A DNA stretch of 64,000 nt from a candidate division FCPU426 bacterium (GCA_963719085.1 CAVRAL010000005.1:32001-96000), one strand, 5' to 3'; shown: positions 13,891-24,530, counted from the stretch's first letter. A program made the numbers and translations. The notes: generated by a model from the sequence alone, not told the origin.

Positions 13891-14242
13891 GTTGGTACAT
13901 GCGCGGCTTTGTTAAGTTTTTCTGGAGATTGTTATTCAAGCGTAGTTAATTTAACCAATACAGAATATGTAAAAAAATGTACTTCGAATTGGTTCTTTTG
14001 GTCTTATTCACTTAATAATATTATATTAATTATTGAAACAGAACTTACTCAACAACGTCATGATTATACAATTTCTCTTGATAATGAATGTATAGTGGGT
14101 GCTATTTTACATGTTTATCGAATCTTTAATAATCAAGGAACTGATGTAACAACGCGAGATAAAACACTTATAGAATATTCCGATTCAAATTATCAAATTA
14201 TCCGGTTGGTACATAAGTTCTGCACGTTTTTTTGTTCACCAA

Positions 14243-15101
14243 CAAAGGACGGGGGTGCATAAGGTCGAGCTGTTAGTTCATAGTGGAGTCGACGCAGAAT
14301 TTTACGGCGAATCTTTTGGTAATAAAATATAGCCTTTCTGAACGATTCTGGGTCACTTATACTCGAAATACTGAAGATGGGTCATGGCATGCCTCTACGA
14401 GAGCGGTACGAAGGGGCGAATTTTTCGGCGAAAAAAAGTTCAAGAAAACGTTTGAAACATACATTAGTCGACTCAGTTTTTGATGCTGATTCCAAATATG
14501 ATGTTTATTTGAGATCAACTGAGGGTTCTTCTGACCGAAAACCATGGAATATCAGTCAAAAATGTCAAAAATCAGGTCTCAAAAATAGTATGATTAGGAT
14601 TTGGTCAAGTGGCCCACTTTTTTAGATCCTAAAAAGTAGCTAGTTTTGTAGCCCTTCAAAAGCTCTATCGAATGGCATACAAAAGAATTGGGGTGGAAAT
14701 ACAGTTGTAATTCATATATGATAACAAAATGATAAAAATCTTGTTTTTTATACATACTGAACCTATTGTTTGATGTTTTTGACCTATTGGTCAACTTTTT
14801 TGGATTCTTAAAAATAGTCAGTTTTGTAGAGCTTAAAAAGCTCTATCGAATGGTATATAAAAGAAATGGGAAGAAAATATAATTGTAATTCATATATGAT
14901 GAAAAAATGAGAAGAATCTTTGAGAGTGTTATTGACTAATTAATGGGCCCTGATGGCACCTAAAATCTTATAGGAATACATTGTATTTAGCATCAAAATG
15001 ATCAGAAAGTCATAATCTATCAATTTATGTATGAATCAATTAGTTTTAATAGTGAAAATCAAAAGGGGCCAAAATACGTCCTTATGCGCCCCCGCCCTTT
15101 G
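14243..15101. mobile_element. Non-autonomous TIR element, ~860 bp, CAAAG termini
   Basis: caaaggacgggggtgcataagg vs ccttatgcgcccccgccctttg (20/22 inverted match); internal ~100-bp duplication; no TSD seen. Confidence 0.6.
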
Positions 15102-15253
15102 AGAGCATACATGCCACACAGCTGAGAACAGGAAGAAAAAAAATGAACAGTTAATGAGAAAATAAACAAGAAGAATTTCAGCTTTTGTCGAATCAGAGTA
15201 AGTTTCGCCAAACTATAGGATCATGATCAATTTCTACTTCTGAAGAATCATCA

Positions 15254-15898
15254 TCAGTTTCTACTTCGGTAAGACCATGATCGATTTCTACCTCTATAGG
15301 ATCGTCCATAAATTTCTACTTCTATAGAATCATTTAGAGTATTATGATTGTTATGTGAAAAACGACGACCGCCTCCGAGAAAGAATATATCAAAGGCCAC
15401 GCCCAAAAACAGAAGTATCCCAGTACCATGAAGAAATGTATTTACATTATAATAAAAACAATTATCACGATAAATACCATTTGTAATAAAGACGAAGATA
15501 AATACGGAAATGATCCATAAAACCCAGACAAGAATACGACTGTACTTTCCATTCACCGAGAAAAGTTCTCGAATAGTATAGATCTGTAGTATGAATAGGG
15601 CTTATTTCAGATAAATAGGGCTACCCAGAAGATAATAATGAGTGAGACAGTTTTTCAGTTGTTCATGTTTCGTTGATTGTATAGAGCAAAGACAATCTTC
15701 ATAAGGAATACCACAAAGTAAGTCAACTGTAATTAACTTCAAATTTGGCGTCCGCGAACGAAGAACCGATTCATAAGCGTCGTCTATAGTCTTTTGAAAT
15801 GAAGCGTACAAAAAAATGGTGCTGTTAAAAATGATGGAAACAAAAATTTGAGCGCGAAATGATTCTATGGCGAGCGGAATGCCAAATTTGATTTCCAT
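15254..15898 (-). pseudogene. Hypothetical membrane protein interrupted by one in-frame stop
   Basis: ORFs 15602..15898 and 15254..15556 share a frame; hydrophobic segments. Confidence 0.35.
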
Positions 15899-16840
15899 AT
15901 TGATATTTGTTCGATTTCAATAATAATCCAATTGAAAGAGTATTCAACTAATCTAATGAATATATATCTGAAATAAAACATGAAAAATATTTAGAGACGA
16001 TTGATAAAACAAAAGATGCTTTAATGCATCAATCAGAATCAATATTAAACCTAATTCTCATTTATCTTTAGCCTTTTTTCTTGTTTAACGTTCAAATATA
16101 AATCGCATAATGAAAAATAGATAATACGAAAACCAAAATGACAAGAAAAGAATGTTGTTCGCGATCGAATATCGATATTAGCAGAATAATTTGATGTAAA
16201 TATTAAAGGTAATAGCAAAAAAATCTATGAAATTAGTTGAAAAAACTAATTTCGTTTAGAAAATTTCCATCGAAAGAGTAATACATACACACTGATTTTA
16301 TCCAACTCTAGGTGAAAAGACATGCCGTAATTATTCGATTGGAATATATTGTCATCGAACACATTATAAACATAATTCTTATACATTGTAGGAAAAATAA
16401 TAAGAATAAACTATGAGATTTTTATCGAAACTTACTTTTATAGATCCAGATTTATGTAATACTCAAACAACTAATGCACATCTATATTTTATGTTCATTT
16501 CATTTAGATAAAAAATAAGAAGGTTTAACTTGATATATTGACCATCAGTTAACATCTGCTTATTTAAACCGCTTTAGATTGCCTTTAGAATAGAGTTATT
16601 CATCATTTTAAAGATGATAAAACATTAAATGATCGATATCATTGAAAGATATGGTAAAAAACAACGTCAAGAAAAAGAAAAATGGAGCACAATAAATACA
16701 TATTTCGTTTTGAAATATTAACAGATTCTCATCACATTAAAGTGAAGCAGTGTGTATATGTTTCATCATGACAAATATATTTTCATAAGAAAAAGAATGA
16801 AAATGCTTTAAAATTGTTAACGAAGAAATATTATGTAAAA

Positions 16841-17882
16841 CCACCACCAAAATGCCTTCTTCCAATAATTTGGCGGACATGGCGACCGCCTTTTCGTTGT
16901 CGCCCACCATCACGGGAATAATCGGGCTCTCGCCCGCCGGAACCTCAAAACCCAAACCCTTTAACCCATTGCGGATTTTGTCCGCGTTCTTCTTTAGCTT
17001 TTCCACCCGGTCCGGTTCCTCTTCCAAAACTTCCAGGGCGCCTAAAGAGGCCCCGCAAACCGAGGGCGGCAAACCCGTGGTATAGATAAAAGTCCTGGCC
17101 TTATTTAAAAGGATGTCGGTCAGCAATTTAGAAGCGCAGACAAATCCGCCGATGCTTCCCAAGGCCTTGCTATAGGTTCCCATGACCACGGTTGGAAGCG
17201 TCCTCAAGGGAAAATGATGGGCCGCGCCGCGCCCGCCCACCCCTAAAACCCCCGTTCCATGGGCGTCGTCGATTAAAACCATGGCGTCAAACTCAGCGGC
17301 CAAATCCATGATGCCTCCCAAAGGAGCCAAATCCCCGTCCATGCTGAATAAAGAATCGGTCACAATCAAGCGCCTGCGGTAATTGCGGGCGCGTTCCAAA
17401 CAGCTTTTTAAATCATCCAGGTTTAAATGCTCATAGACCAGCAGTTTGGCTTTCGACATCCGGCAAGCGTCGACCAAGCTGGCGTGGTTGAGCCGGTCGC
17501 AAAGCACCGCGTCCTCATCCCCCACCAGCGCCGAAACAGCGGCTAAATTGGCCATATAACCCGTGGGAAAAGCCAGGCAGGATTCGGTCCCTTTAAAGAG
17601 GGCGGTTTTTTCCTCAAGCAAATCATGGATGGGAAAGTTGCCCGACACCAGCCGGGAAGCCTGCGCCCCGGCGCCATAGCGGTCCAAAGCCTGGTGGGAC
17701 ATTTTGAGCACGCGGGGATGGTCGGATAAACCCAGATAATTATTGGCGCAAAAAAGGGTGCAGTCTTGCCCGTTGACGCGGGCTTTCGCGCCGCCCAAAA
17801 GATCGACGGTGCGCAATTGACGCTTCAGGCCTTGGGCTTCCCAGTCCTTCAACTCTTGTTCAAGTTCCGCCATCCAATCCAA
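16841..17882 (-). pseudogene. bioF: 8-amino-7-oxononanoate synthase, 3'-truncated at the bacterial/eukaryotic junction
   Basis: NNYLGL, DRLNHAS, FSMDGD, DDAHG, GTYSKA motifs; family similarity stops after GILVV where IRPPTV is expected, and the ORF reads into AT-rich DNA to 16737. Confidence 0.9.
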
Positions 17883-17892
17883 GCGGTTCCCC

Positions 17893-18357
17893 TTAAACGA
17901 AAGTGAGTTCGAAAAAGTACTCGGCGTCCGGTTCGTCGTTGTAACGGGGAATCAATCGGAACCCGTATTTTTTGAAAAGGTGGATGGCCGCGGGGGACTT
18001 GGAGTTGGTGTCCAACCGAAGTTTTCTAAACCCGAAAGTAGGGGCGCTTTGGATGACTTTTTCCAAAAGCATCTTGCCTTGGCCCTTGCCGCGTTTGTTC
18101 GAGTCGACGAAGAAGCGCTTAATCTCGCCCGTGCGGTCCTCAATCCAGCGAAGCGCGATGGTGCCGACGATTTTACCGTGATCCCGCAAGACCCAAAAAT
18201 CCCCGGTTTTCTGGTAGAACTCCGGGATGCGCCGCAGGTCCGATTGGCCGCCCTCGAGGTCGAGCTCAATCCCGATTTCCCGGAAAGGGCCCTCCAGAAA
18301 GGTTTCCAGTTCTTTTTGAAATTCCACGCGATAGGGTAAGCATTCCATAGGTTTCAA
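17893..18357 (-). CDS. GNAT family N-acetyltransferase
   Basis: EIKRFFV..RGKGQGK and A..LFKKYGF motifs. Confidence 0.88.
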   Translation of the reverse strand: MKPMECLPYRVEFQKELETFLEGPFREIGIELDLEGGQSDLRRIPEFYQKTGDFWVLRDHGKIVGTIALRWIEDRTGEIKRFFVDSNKRGKGQGKMLLEKVIQSAPTFGFRKLRLDTNSKSPAAIHLFKKYGFRLIPRYNDEPDAEYFFELTFV

Positions 18358-19553
18358 CCTTTAGAAAAAATAACCGCGCCCAACTGTCCCCCGATGCCGT
18401 ACGACAGGGACATCACATGTTCCCAATTTCCCGTCACGCCGCCCGGCGGCACATGCCGCACCCGGCATTCCGGATCAGGGTCTTTCAGGTTCCGGGTCAC
18501 CGGAGCCCGCCCGCGACTGACAGCCATCGCCGTGAAAACCGCTTCCACGCTGCCGGCCGCCCCGAGCAAATGGCCCGTGGCGCCTTTGGTGGAACTCACC
18601 CAAACCGAACGCGCGCCAAAAACCTCAGCGAGCGCTTCGGACTCTACTTTATCATTGGCCCGGGTCCCAGTTCCATGGGCGTTAATATAACCGATATTTT
18701 CCGGTTTAAGTCCGGCCCGGCTTAAGGCCCGCTGAATGACCCCTATGATAGAACGACCCCGGGGTTCCAGTTCCAAAATTCCATCCCCGTCGGCGCCCAA
18801 GGCCCAGCCCGTCATCCGGACTAAAGGAGTCGCTCCCCTCCCCAAAGCCGAACTTTCCGACTCTAAAACCATCGCGCCGCACCCTTCCCCCAATAAAAAA
18901 CCATCTCGGCAAAGATCAAAAGGCCGTCCACCCTGGGGATTTGAGGTCAAAAGCCCCATTTGGGCGAAACCAGCCAGAACCAGGGGATGGATGGAAGATT
19001 CGGTGCTGCCGGCTAAAACCGCCCCGCAGGATCCCCGCTCAATCCAATCGGCGGCCTGGATCAAGCTGGCCAGCCCGGTGGCGCAAGCGGCCGAGAAAGA
19101 CAAGGCGGGACCTTTAAATCCAAGCTGTTCCCGCAGGAAAATTCCGGGCGTGGAGGGAAAAAAATCTTGAAGAAAATTGAGCGGGGGCGCCTGCCCCCGC
19201 TCCAAATCTTCCCGGGCCCGAAGCAGGCTTAAGAGCCCGCCTTTGCTGGAAGAAAAAGTCGTCCCGACCGCCGCGGGGGAAACTTGGCCCAGCGCGGCTT
19301 GGTCCCAAGCCTCCTGGGCCGCCAACGCCGCCAATTGAAGGGAGCGGTCCCGCGGCGAGGTCCCCCCAGGCGGCGTGAAGGACGGCACCCGGGCCGCTCT
19401 TGGCGATTTAAATTTCAGCCACTCGGGGCCGGATAAACGCTCACCTTCCGCGCCCATCCCCTCCATTAGCGCATCCCAGCTTTGGGCCGCGTTCAACCCC
19501 ACGGGGCAAACCACTCCCCAACCCGTCACCACCAAGGCCGCGTTTACAGCCAT
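18354..19553 (-). CDS. Beta-ketoacyl-ACP synthase, FabF-like and divergent
   Basis: SAACATG, HGTGT, KGATGHLLGAAG catalytic motifs. Confidence 0.88.
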   Translation of the reverse strand: MAVNAALVVTGWGVVCPVGLNAAQSWDALMEGMGAEGERLSGPEWLKFKSPRAARVPSFTPPGGTSPRDRSLQLAALAAQEAWDQAALGQVSPAAVGTTFSSSKGGLLSLLRAREDLERGQAPPLNFLQDFFPSTPGIFLREQLGFKGPALSFSAACATGLASLIQAADWIERGSCGAVLAGSTESSIHPLVLAGFAQMGLLTSNPQGGRPFDLCRDGFLLGEGCGAMVLESESSALGRGATPLVRMTGWALGADGDGILELEPRGRSIIGVIQRALSRAGLKPENIGYINAHGTGTRANDKVESEALAEVFGARSVWVSSTKGATGHLLGAAGSVEAVFTAMAVSRGRAPVTRNLKDPDPECRVRHVPPGGVTGNWEHVMSLSYGIGGQLGAVIFSKG

Positions 19554-20272
19554 CCCGGAATCCGGGAATCCAAATTAAAAACCTGGCCCGAAATGGACCG
19601 GCTTTGGGCCAGCCAAAGCATAAACTGCTCCACTTCGCGCAAATCAGTCGTCGCGGGCAGAAGATGCCGGGAGCGGATCGCCTCTTCCGCTTCCGGCGTC
19701 AACCCGTCCGATAACCGGGTTTTATGAAAACCGGGGCAAACCACGTTGACCCGGATATTTTTAGATCCATATTCCCGGGCCAGGCTTCGGGCCAAACCAA
19801 TCAAACCGGCCTTGGCGGAAGCGTAGGAAACTTGCCCCGGATTACCCGTGGTGGCCACCACCGAGGAAATAAAAATAAGGTGGCCTCCCTGGCGCAGCAT
19901 GGGCTTTAGGCAGGCTTTGGAAATCAGGAAGGAAGCCTTCAGGTGGACGCCTAAGGTGGCGTCCCAATCCGCCTCGTCCACATTCATCACCCGGGCGTTG
20001 CGGGTGAAACCCGCGTTATGAATCACGCAATCGATGGTGGAAAAGCGATCCCGGGTGGCCGTCACCCAAGCGTTCACCTCACCGCTTTGGGTGACATCGG
20101 CTTTGAGGACCAAAAAATGGGGAGTAAGTTTCGCCAGCTGGGTTTTGGCTTCGGCGGCCGAAGCCTCATCCTCATGATAACAGGTGGAGACGGCCCATCC
20201 CGCGGCGGCGAAAGCCCGGATCAATGCCCATCCAATTCCCCGGGTGCCCCCTGAAATTAATAGAACCGGCAT
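19544..20272 (-). CDS. SDR family 3-oxoacyl-ACP reductase-like
   Basis: SGGTRGIG, HNAG, YASAK. Confidence 0.88.
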   Translation of the reverse strand: MPVLLISGGTRGIGWALIRAFAAAGWAVSTCYHEDEASAAEAKTQLAKLTPHFLVLKADVTQSGEVNAWVTATRDRFSTIDCVIHNAGFTRNARVMNVDEADWDATLGVHLKASFLISKACLKPMLRQGGHLIFISSVVATTGNPGQVSYASAKAGLIGLARSLAREYGSKNIRVNVVCPGFHKTRLSDGLTPEAEEAIRSRHLLPATTDLREVEQFMLWLAQSRSISGQVFNLDSRIPGWL

Positions 20273-20319
20273 CGCCCACTCCAAAAATTAAAATTCACAA
20301 GCTCAATCTTATACGCGTT

Positions 20320-20483
20320 CATGCCCCGGGATTCCATGTTGAATTCATAGATACCCGGAACAATGCCGCTTTTCCCCTAACTACGATATGGAGAAGCGAC
20401 GCGAACGCGGATGAACGCGGATTAGAATAAACATTTGTTTAAGTCGTTTCACATCGGCGTTCATCTGCGTCCATCATTGTAAA
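20320..20483 (-). repeat. GAT-decamer REP-like palindrome carrying the 80-bp double-hairpin insert (20324-20403)
   Basis: Reverse-orientation homolog of the copies at 24540, 53445, 54497 and 59012. Confidence 0.85.
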
Positions 20484-20540
20484 ATTGATTTTGGGCCTTT
20501 TAGGTTTTCGGATGAAAAATGTAGACGTCGGGAAAAGACT

Positions 20541-20828
20541 TCAACTTCCCCCGGAGAAGGCCTGGGAGAAGAGCGCCGCCAAAGCGATGGTTCCAACCAG
20601 AACAAGGGCCACCAAAACCGCCACCGGAAGCACGACCCAGACTAAAAAGCCGATAAAAAGGCAGGCGCGGCCGACCTGCCGAACCTCCCGGGAATCCTGG
20701 TCATAAAGAAAAAGACCGATCAAAATTCCGCAAAAGGGAATGAAGAGCGACAATCCGTACCAAGCCCATCGGTTGGACGTCACCAGATTCGGTTCGGTTT
20801 GGGTTTTCGCCAAGGAAATTTTTCGCAT
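20541..20828 (-). CDS. Small membrane protein
   Basis: Two to three hydrophobic segments; abuts the upstream ORF. Confidence 0.7.
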   Translation of the reverse strand: MRKISLAKTQTEPNLVTSNRWAWYGLSLFIPFCGILIGLFLYDQDSREVRQVGRACLFIGFLVWVVLPVAVLVALVLVGTIALAALFSQAFSGGS

Positions 20829-21356
20829 TTAAAACACCTTAAACATCAGGCTGAAAAAAACGACCAGCACGGCGAAAATCGAAAAAGGCAAAAACACAAA
20901 AAGAACCGCGGTCCACCGGGAACACCGCAAAACCCGCTCCATGCCCCAGACTTGAAAAAGCACCGTCGTCAGCGATAAAAGTTTGCCGAACCAGCCCCCC
21001 AAACCTAAAAACAGCAACCCCGCCGACGAATAACCCACCATCAGGCGTAAAAGGGAAAAGGGAAGATTTTCTTGGAGTAAAAAAGCGCAAAGCTGGATAA
21101 AGGCGGACCAAACATAAACCCAGGCCATTAAAACGACCGGCATCACCACCAGCATTAAAAGGGTCACCAACGCCACGATCGCCGGCGAACTGCTGGCAAA
21201 AGCTTCCGAGATCCCGAGCTCCAAAGCGATGCAAACACCCGTCAGGGCCGCGAATTCCAAGGCCTTGGGCAAGCTTGATTTTTGAAGGGCTTCGTCAAAA
21301 AAACGCCCCGGCCGCGTGTAAGCCAATTTGACTTGATCGATATAAGCGTTGAACAT
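20829..21356 (-). CDS. Yip1-like multi-pass membrane protein
   Basis: N-terminal RPGRFF followed by ~5 TM helices. Confidence 0.65.
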   Translation of the reverse strand: MFNAYIDQVKLAYTRPGRFFDEALQKSSLPKALEFAALTGVCIALELGISEAFASSSPAIVALVTLLMLVVMPVVLMAWVYVWSAFIQLCAFLLQENLPFSLLRLMVGYSSAGLLFLGLGGWFGKLLSLTTVLFQVWGMERVLRCSRWTAVLFVFLPFSIFAVLVVFFSLMFKVF

Positions 21357-21423
21357 GGCTTAGAGTTTAACATAAACCCACGCGGGTGAAATGACTTTCC
21401 CGGACGGCGACCGCCTTAAAATA

Positions 21424-21454
21424 AAAATCCCCGGATCCTTTTGAACCCGGGGAC
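21424..21454 (-). terminator. Probable intrinsic terminator
   Basis: tccccgg...ccgggga stem followed by a T-rich run on the minus strand, after the acidic ORF. Confidence 0.55.
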
Positions 21455-21483
21455 TAAGGCGTTAGGCGGAAGGCGAAGTTGGC

Positions 21484-21942
21484 TTAGGATTCTTCCAGCC
21501 GAGTCAAAGCCTCTTCCCAGGCTTCTTCCATGCTGACCACTTCCCCCTCGGCGATGACTTCGTGCAGGAAACGCTTTAGTTTCGGCGCGTCCTCGACGTC
21601 CATCTCGTTTTCCCGGAGGACTTCGGTCACATCCTCGAGGGTGATGTGATCGAGAATTTCCTCGGCCTCACCCTGGAAAAGACGGCGAGCCTCTATTTTT
21701 TCGACGGAGCTGTTTTTTTCCTCTTCGTCATCATCCTCGTCATCGTCGTCGTCTTCCTCTTCTTTTTCGGCGCTGTCCAGGTCAATGGTGTCCTCGTCGT
21801 CGTCCGCGTCATCATCCTCTTCGTCGGCCGCCGCGTCGTCATCATCCAAATCCTCGATATCATCTTCATCATGATTGCTTTTACGAGCCAAGATGAACCC
21901 CCCGATTGGATTTAAGAAGGAATAAACCAAACTTCGCCCCAA
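21484..21942 (-). CDS. Highly acidic hypothetical protein (true start probably TTG near 21891)
   Basis: Long D/E tract plus a short helical C-terminal domain. Confidence 0.7.
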   Translation of the reverse strand: MGRSLVYSFLNPIGGFILARKSNHDEDDIEDLDDDDAAADEEDDDADDDEDTIDLDSAEKEEEDDDDDEDDDEEEKNSSVEKIEARRLFQGEAEEILDHITLEDVTEVLRENEMDVEDAPKLKRFLHEVIAEGEVVSMEEAWEEALTRLEES

Positions 21943-21976
21943 TGAATACTTCGACTTTAAAAAGAAGTCAAGTGTT

Positions 21977-23737
21977 TCAACTCGGGGTTAAATAACGGCG
22001 GCGTAAATTTTCCCACACGCTTCGGTCCACCAGCTCCACGCCGGAAATTCGGGCCAGGGCCCGGGCCTCAAGGGAAAAATAAGCCGGGGCCATAAGCAAA
22101 CCACGGTAACAAAACTCGGAGGCCATCACATGGCTGAATTCACTCACGATTTCGCCCGGAATTTGAGTGGTTTCGGGGAACTGTTTGGCCAAAACCGCGA
22201 ATTTCCCCCCGATCACGGGATGGGAATGCTCCACCACGGCGATGACCGCCCCGCCGTCGGCCCGGCGGATTTTGGTGATCCGAAACCCTAAGGTTTTTAA
22301 AAAGCGGTCGGTTTCATGCTCAAAATCCAAAAGCGACATTTGGCTCAAATCCAGCAAAAGTCCCTTTTCATCCCCCAGGTTGAAAACCCAGCGCTGGTCA
22401 TAGGCCGGTTCTTTGAGGAGATCTTGAAGACGGCGCCCATCGATTAAATCCACCGCCATCTTCCGGCCGCTGTTCTTGGCTTCCTCGGTGAATTGGCCTG
22501 TCACCAAATAAATTCCCCGCTTGCAGCCCTCTTCCCGGGCCAACTCATCCAATTCCCGAACCAAGTCCGCGTGGACCTGGGCGTTTTCCGGATATTGCCG
22601 GGCCAGGATCATGAATTGCCCCCCTAAAACAGGGTGCTGAAAATCGGCCAACATTTGAAGCGTGCCGCCGGGTATTTTCTTGACCTTCCCCACCTCAAAT
22701 CCCAATTGGGTCAAAAAGGTCTGGGCCAAAGCCTGGAATTCGGACAAAGCGATCCCGCTGAGGGGTTTCTCCCGCTGAGGGTCTTGGCCGCGCGCGGAAT
22801 CTTCCAGCGGCTTCGCTTCTTCCCATCCATCATCGATTTTTTCTTGCTTAGATTCGTAACGAACCTCCAACCGGGGCGCCTGGGCCTTGATGCGCTCCAA
22901 GATCCTGGCGTTCTTGCTTTCTTCCTCGGGAAAAGCCTCCACTTCCATTCCGTCATTGTAACGCAGGTCAAAAACCGCCAGTCCCTTCAAAAGGTTCGCG
23001 TCCGTCAGATGAACCTGGCGGTATATGTCCCGGGTCGCCCGGACGCTTAAAACAGCCCCATCATAAAACTTGGCCTTCCCGCTGATGAAGTTCATCATGG
23101 CGTCAACAATGATGGCCGGCACATTCTCCGAAATGGAGAATCCGGTTTCCAGGATGTGGGCCGTATCCCGCAAGAGTGAATCCCGGAACAACTTGTAATT
23201 CCCGTTCACATCCCCGCCCATCTCGGCGCGGAACATCCGGGCCGCGAACTTGATCCGGGGCACCGTATCAACGACGTGGATGGACTTTATCGCGACCTCG
23301 GGATATTTTTCCTTTAAGGCCAGCCGGAGCAATTCGTCAAAGTGCCCCATGGCGCCCCGGGCCAAGGATTCCTTGCGGGAAATGATGAGGGCCTGTTGTT
23401 GGCGCGCGGTAATCTTATCCGAGGCCGCCTTTTCTTCCCGGTGGCCCGCCATTTTAAAAAGCACGCCCAAAAATAAAACCGTCACGAAAAAACCAAGCCC
23501 CACCGCGTCCATGGGATTTTGCCCGATGAAATCCCAAACTTCCGAAAAAAATCCGCGGATCATGCCCAGGATAAAGCTGTTGAGCATCATGACGAAAACA
23601 AAGAGGACCAGCCCCGCCATCAAAAGGCCGCCCGCTTCCGCCTCCTGCGGGGTGTGCCCTTGATCCGTCAAATGACGTACCACCCACTGGGCGCCGGGAG
23701 TCTTGAGCAAACGTTCCTTCCATTCCGATGGCAGCAT
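21977..23737 (-). CDS. Membrane-anchored protein with two Mrr-like restriction-endonuclease-fold domains
   Basis: Two N-terminal TM helices; two repeats of LGF....HPV(L/I)GG.F..LA.Q(Y/F)PE...V.E..RG...F..EA....V.L(I/V)D. Confidence 0.72.
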   Translation of the reverse strand: MLPSEWKERLLKTPGAQWVVRHLTDQGHTPQEAEAGGLLMAGLVLFVFVMMLNSFILGMIRGFFSEVWDFIGQNPMDAVGLGFFVTVLFLGVLFKMAGHREEKAASDKITARQQQALIISRKESLARGAMGHFDELLRLALKEKYPEVAIKSIHVVDTVPRIKFAARMFRAEMGGDVNGNYKLFRDSLLRDTAHILETGFSISENVPAIIVDAMMNFISGKAKFYDGAVLSVRATRDIYRQVHLTDANLLKGLAVFDLRYNDGMEVEAFPEEESKNARILERIKAQAPRLEVRYESKQEKIDDGWEEAKPLEDSARGQDPQREKPLSGIALSEFQALAQTFLTQLGFEVGKVKKIPGGTLQMLADFQHPVLGGQFMILARQYPENAQVHADLVRELDELAREEGCKRGIYLVTGQFTEEAKNSGRKMAVDLIDGRRLQDLLKEPAYDQRWVFNLGDEKGLLLDLSQMSLLDFEHETDRFLKTLGFRITKIRRADGGAVIAVVEHSHPVIGGKFAVLAKQFPETTQIPGEIVSEFSHVMASEFCYRGLLMAPAYFSLEARALARISGVELVDRSVWENLRRRYLTPS

Positions 23738-23834
23738 AGGGACTCTTTCAAGATGCGATTTAAATAACCCGCCGGGAAGCCGATTGGTTTCGAGACGACT
23801 TCATGTTAAAGTCCAAAAACTCCGGAGGCAAGCC

Positions 23835-24530
23835 ATGGATTACGTCAAACGCCTGGAAAAACTGATGACCCGCCTGAGGGCGCCTCACGGCTGTCCCTGG
23901 GACCGCCGCCAAACCCATAAAAGCTTGAAGCCCTATCTTTTAGAGGAAACCCACGAGGTTTTAGACGCCATCGATAAGGGAAACCCGGCCGATCTGCGCG
24001 AGGAATTGGGCGACCTTTTACTTCAAGTTATTTTCCATTCCCAAATGGCCAAGGAAAAGGGTTCGTTCAATTTTCAGGCCGTGGCCAAGACCATCGGCGA
24101 CAAGCTGATCCGCCGGCATCCCCATGTTTTTCAGCGAGCCGGGGGCGTAAGCCGTAAAATCAAAGACATCAATCAAAAATGGGAGCAACTCAAAAGGCAG
24201 GAAAAACCTGAGCGAAAGTCCGCTCTCGACGGGCTTCCCAAATCCCTGCCCGCGCTTCTCCGGGCCCAGCGGATGCAGGAAAAAATATCGAAAACAGGCA
24301 GACCGAAATCAAGCACCAAGGCGCGGATCGACGAGAACTTGAAAATCTTCAAAAAATCGGCTGCCCACAAAAATCGGAGCCGCCAAGAAAAAGCCCTGGG
24401 CGAAATGCTTTTAAGCCTCACCCGGTGGGCCCAGGCCCGGGGTATCCACGCCGAAATGGCGCTCCAAGCCGCGGCTTCCCGTTACGAGAAGGAGTTCAGG
24501 AAATCCGAGCGGCGGATCAAACACCCCTAA
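23835..24530 (+). CDS. mazG: Nucleoside triphosphate pyrophosphohydrolase MazG
   Basis: GCPWD, EETHE, EELGDLL, KLIRRHPHVF; ggagg RBS; second domain degenerate. Confidence 0.9.
   Translation: MDYVKRLEKLMTRLRAPHGCPWDRRQTHKSLKPYLLEETHEVLDAIDKGNPADLREELGDLLLQVIFHSQMAKEKGSFNFQAVAKTIGDKLIRRHPHVFQRAGGVSRKIKDINQKWEQLKRQEKPERKSALDGLPKSLPALLRAQRMQEKISKTGRPKSSTKARIDENLKIFKKSAAHKNRSRQEKALGEMLLSLTRWAQARGIHAEMALQAAASRYEKEFRKSERRIKHP

Noticed and set aside
13891..14214. gttggtacat direct repeat as a 10-bp TSD
   Set aside because: No termini or poly-A between the copies; the second may be part of a mariner-like TIR remnant, and chance is not excluded.
16737..16840. BioF C-terminal extension as a real fusion
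   Set aside because: Read-through into AT-rich DNA past the junction, with no protein-like features.
15960..16840. Degenerate spliced gene next to the junction
   Set aside because: Splice-like signals are present, but frames contain stops and no recognisable product.
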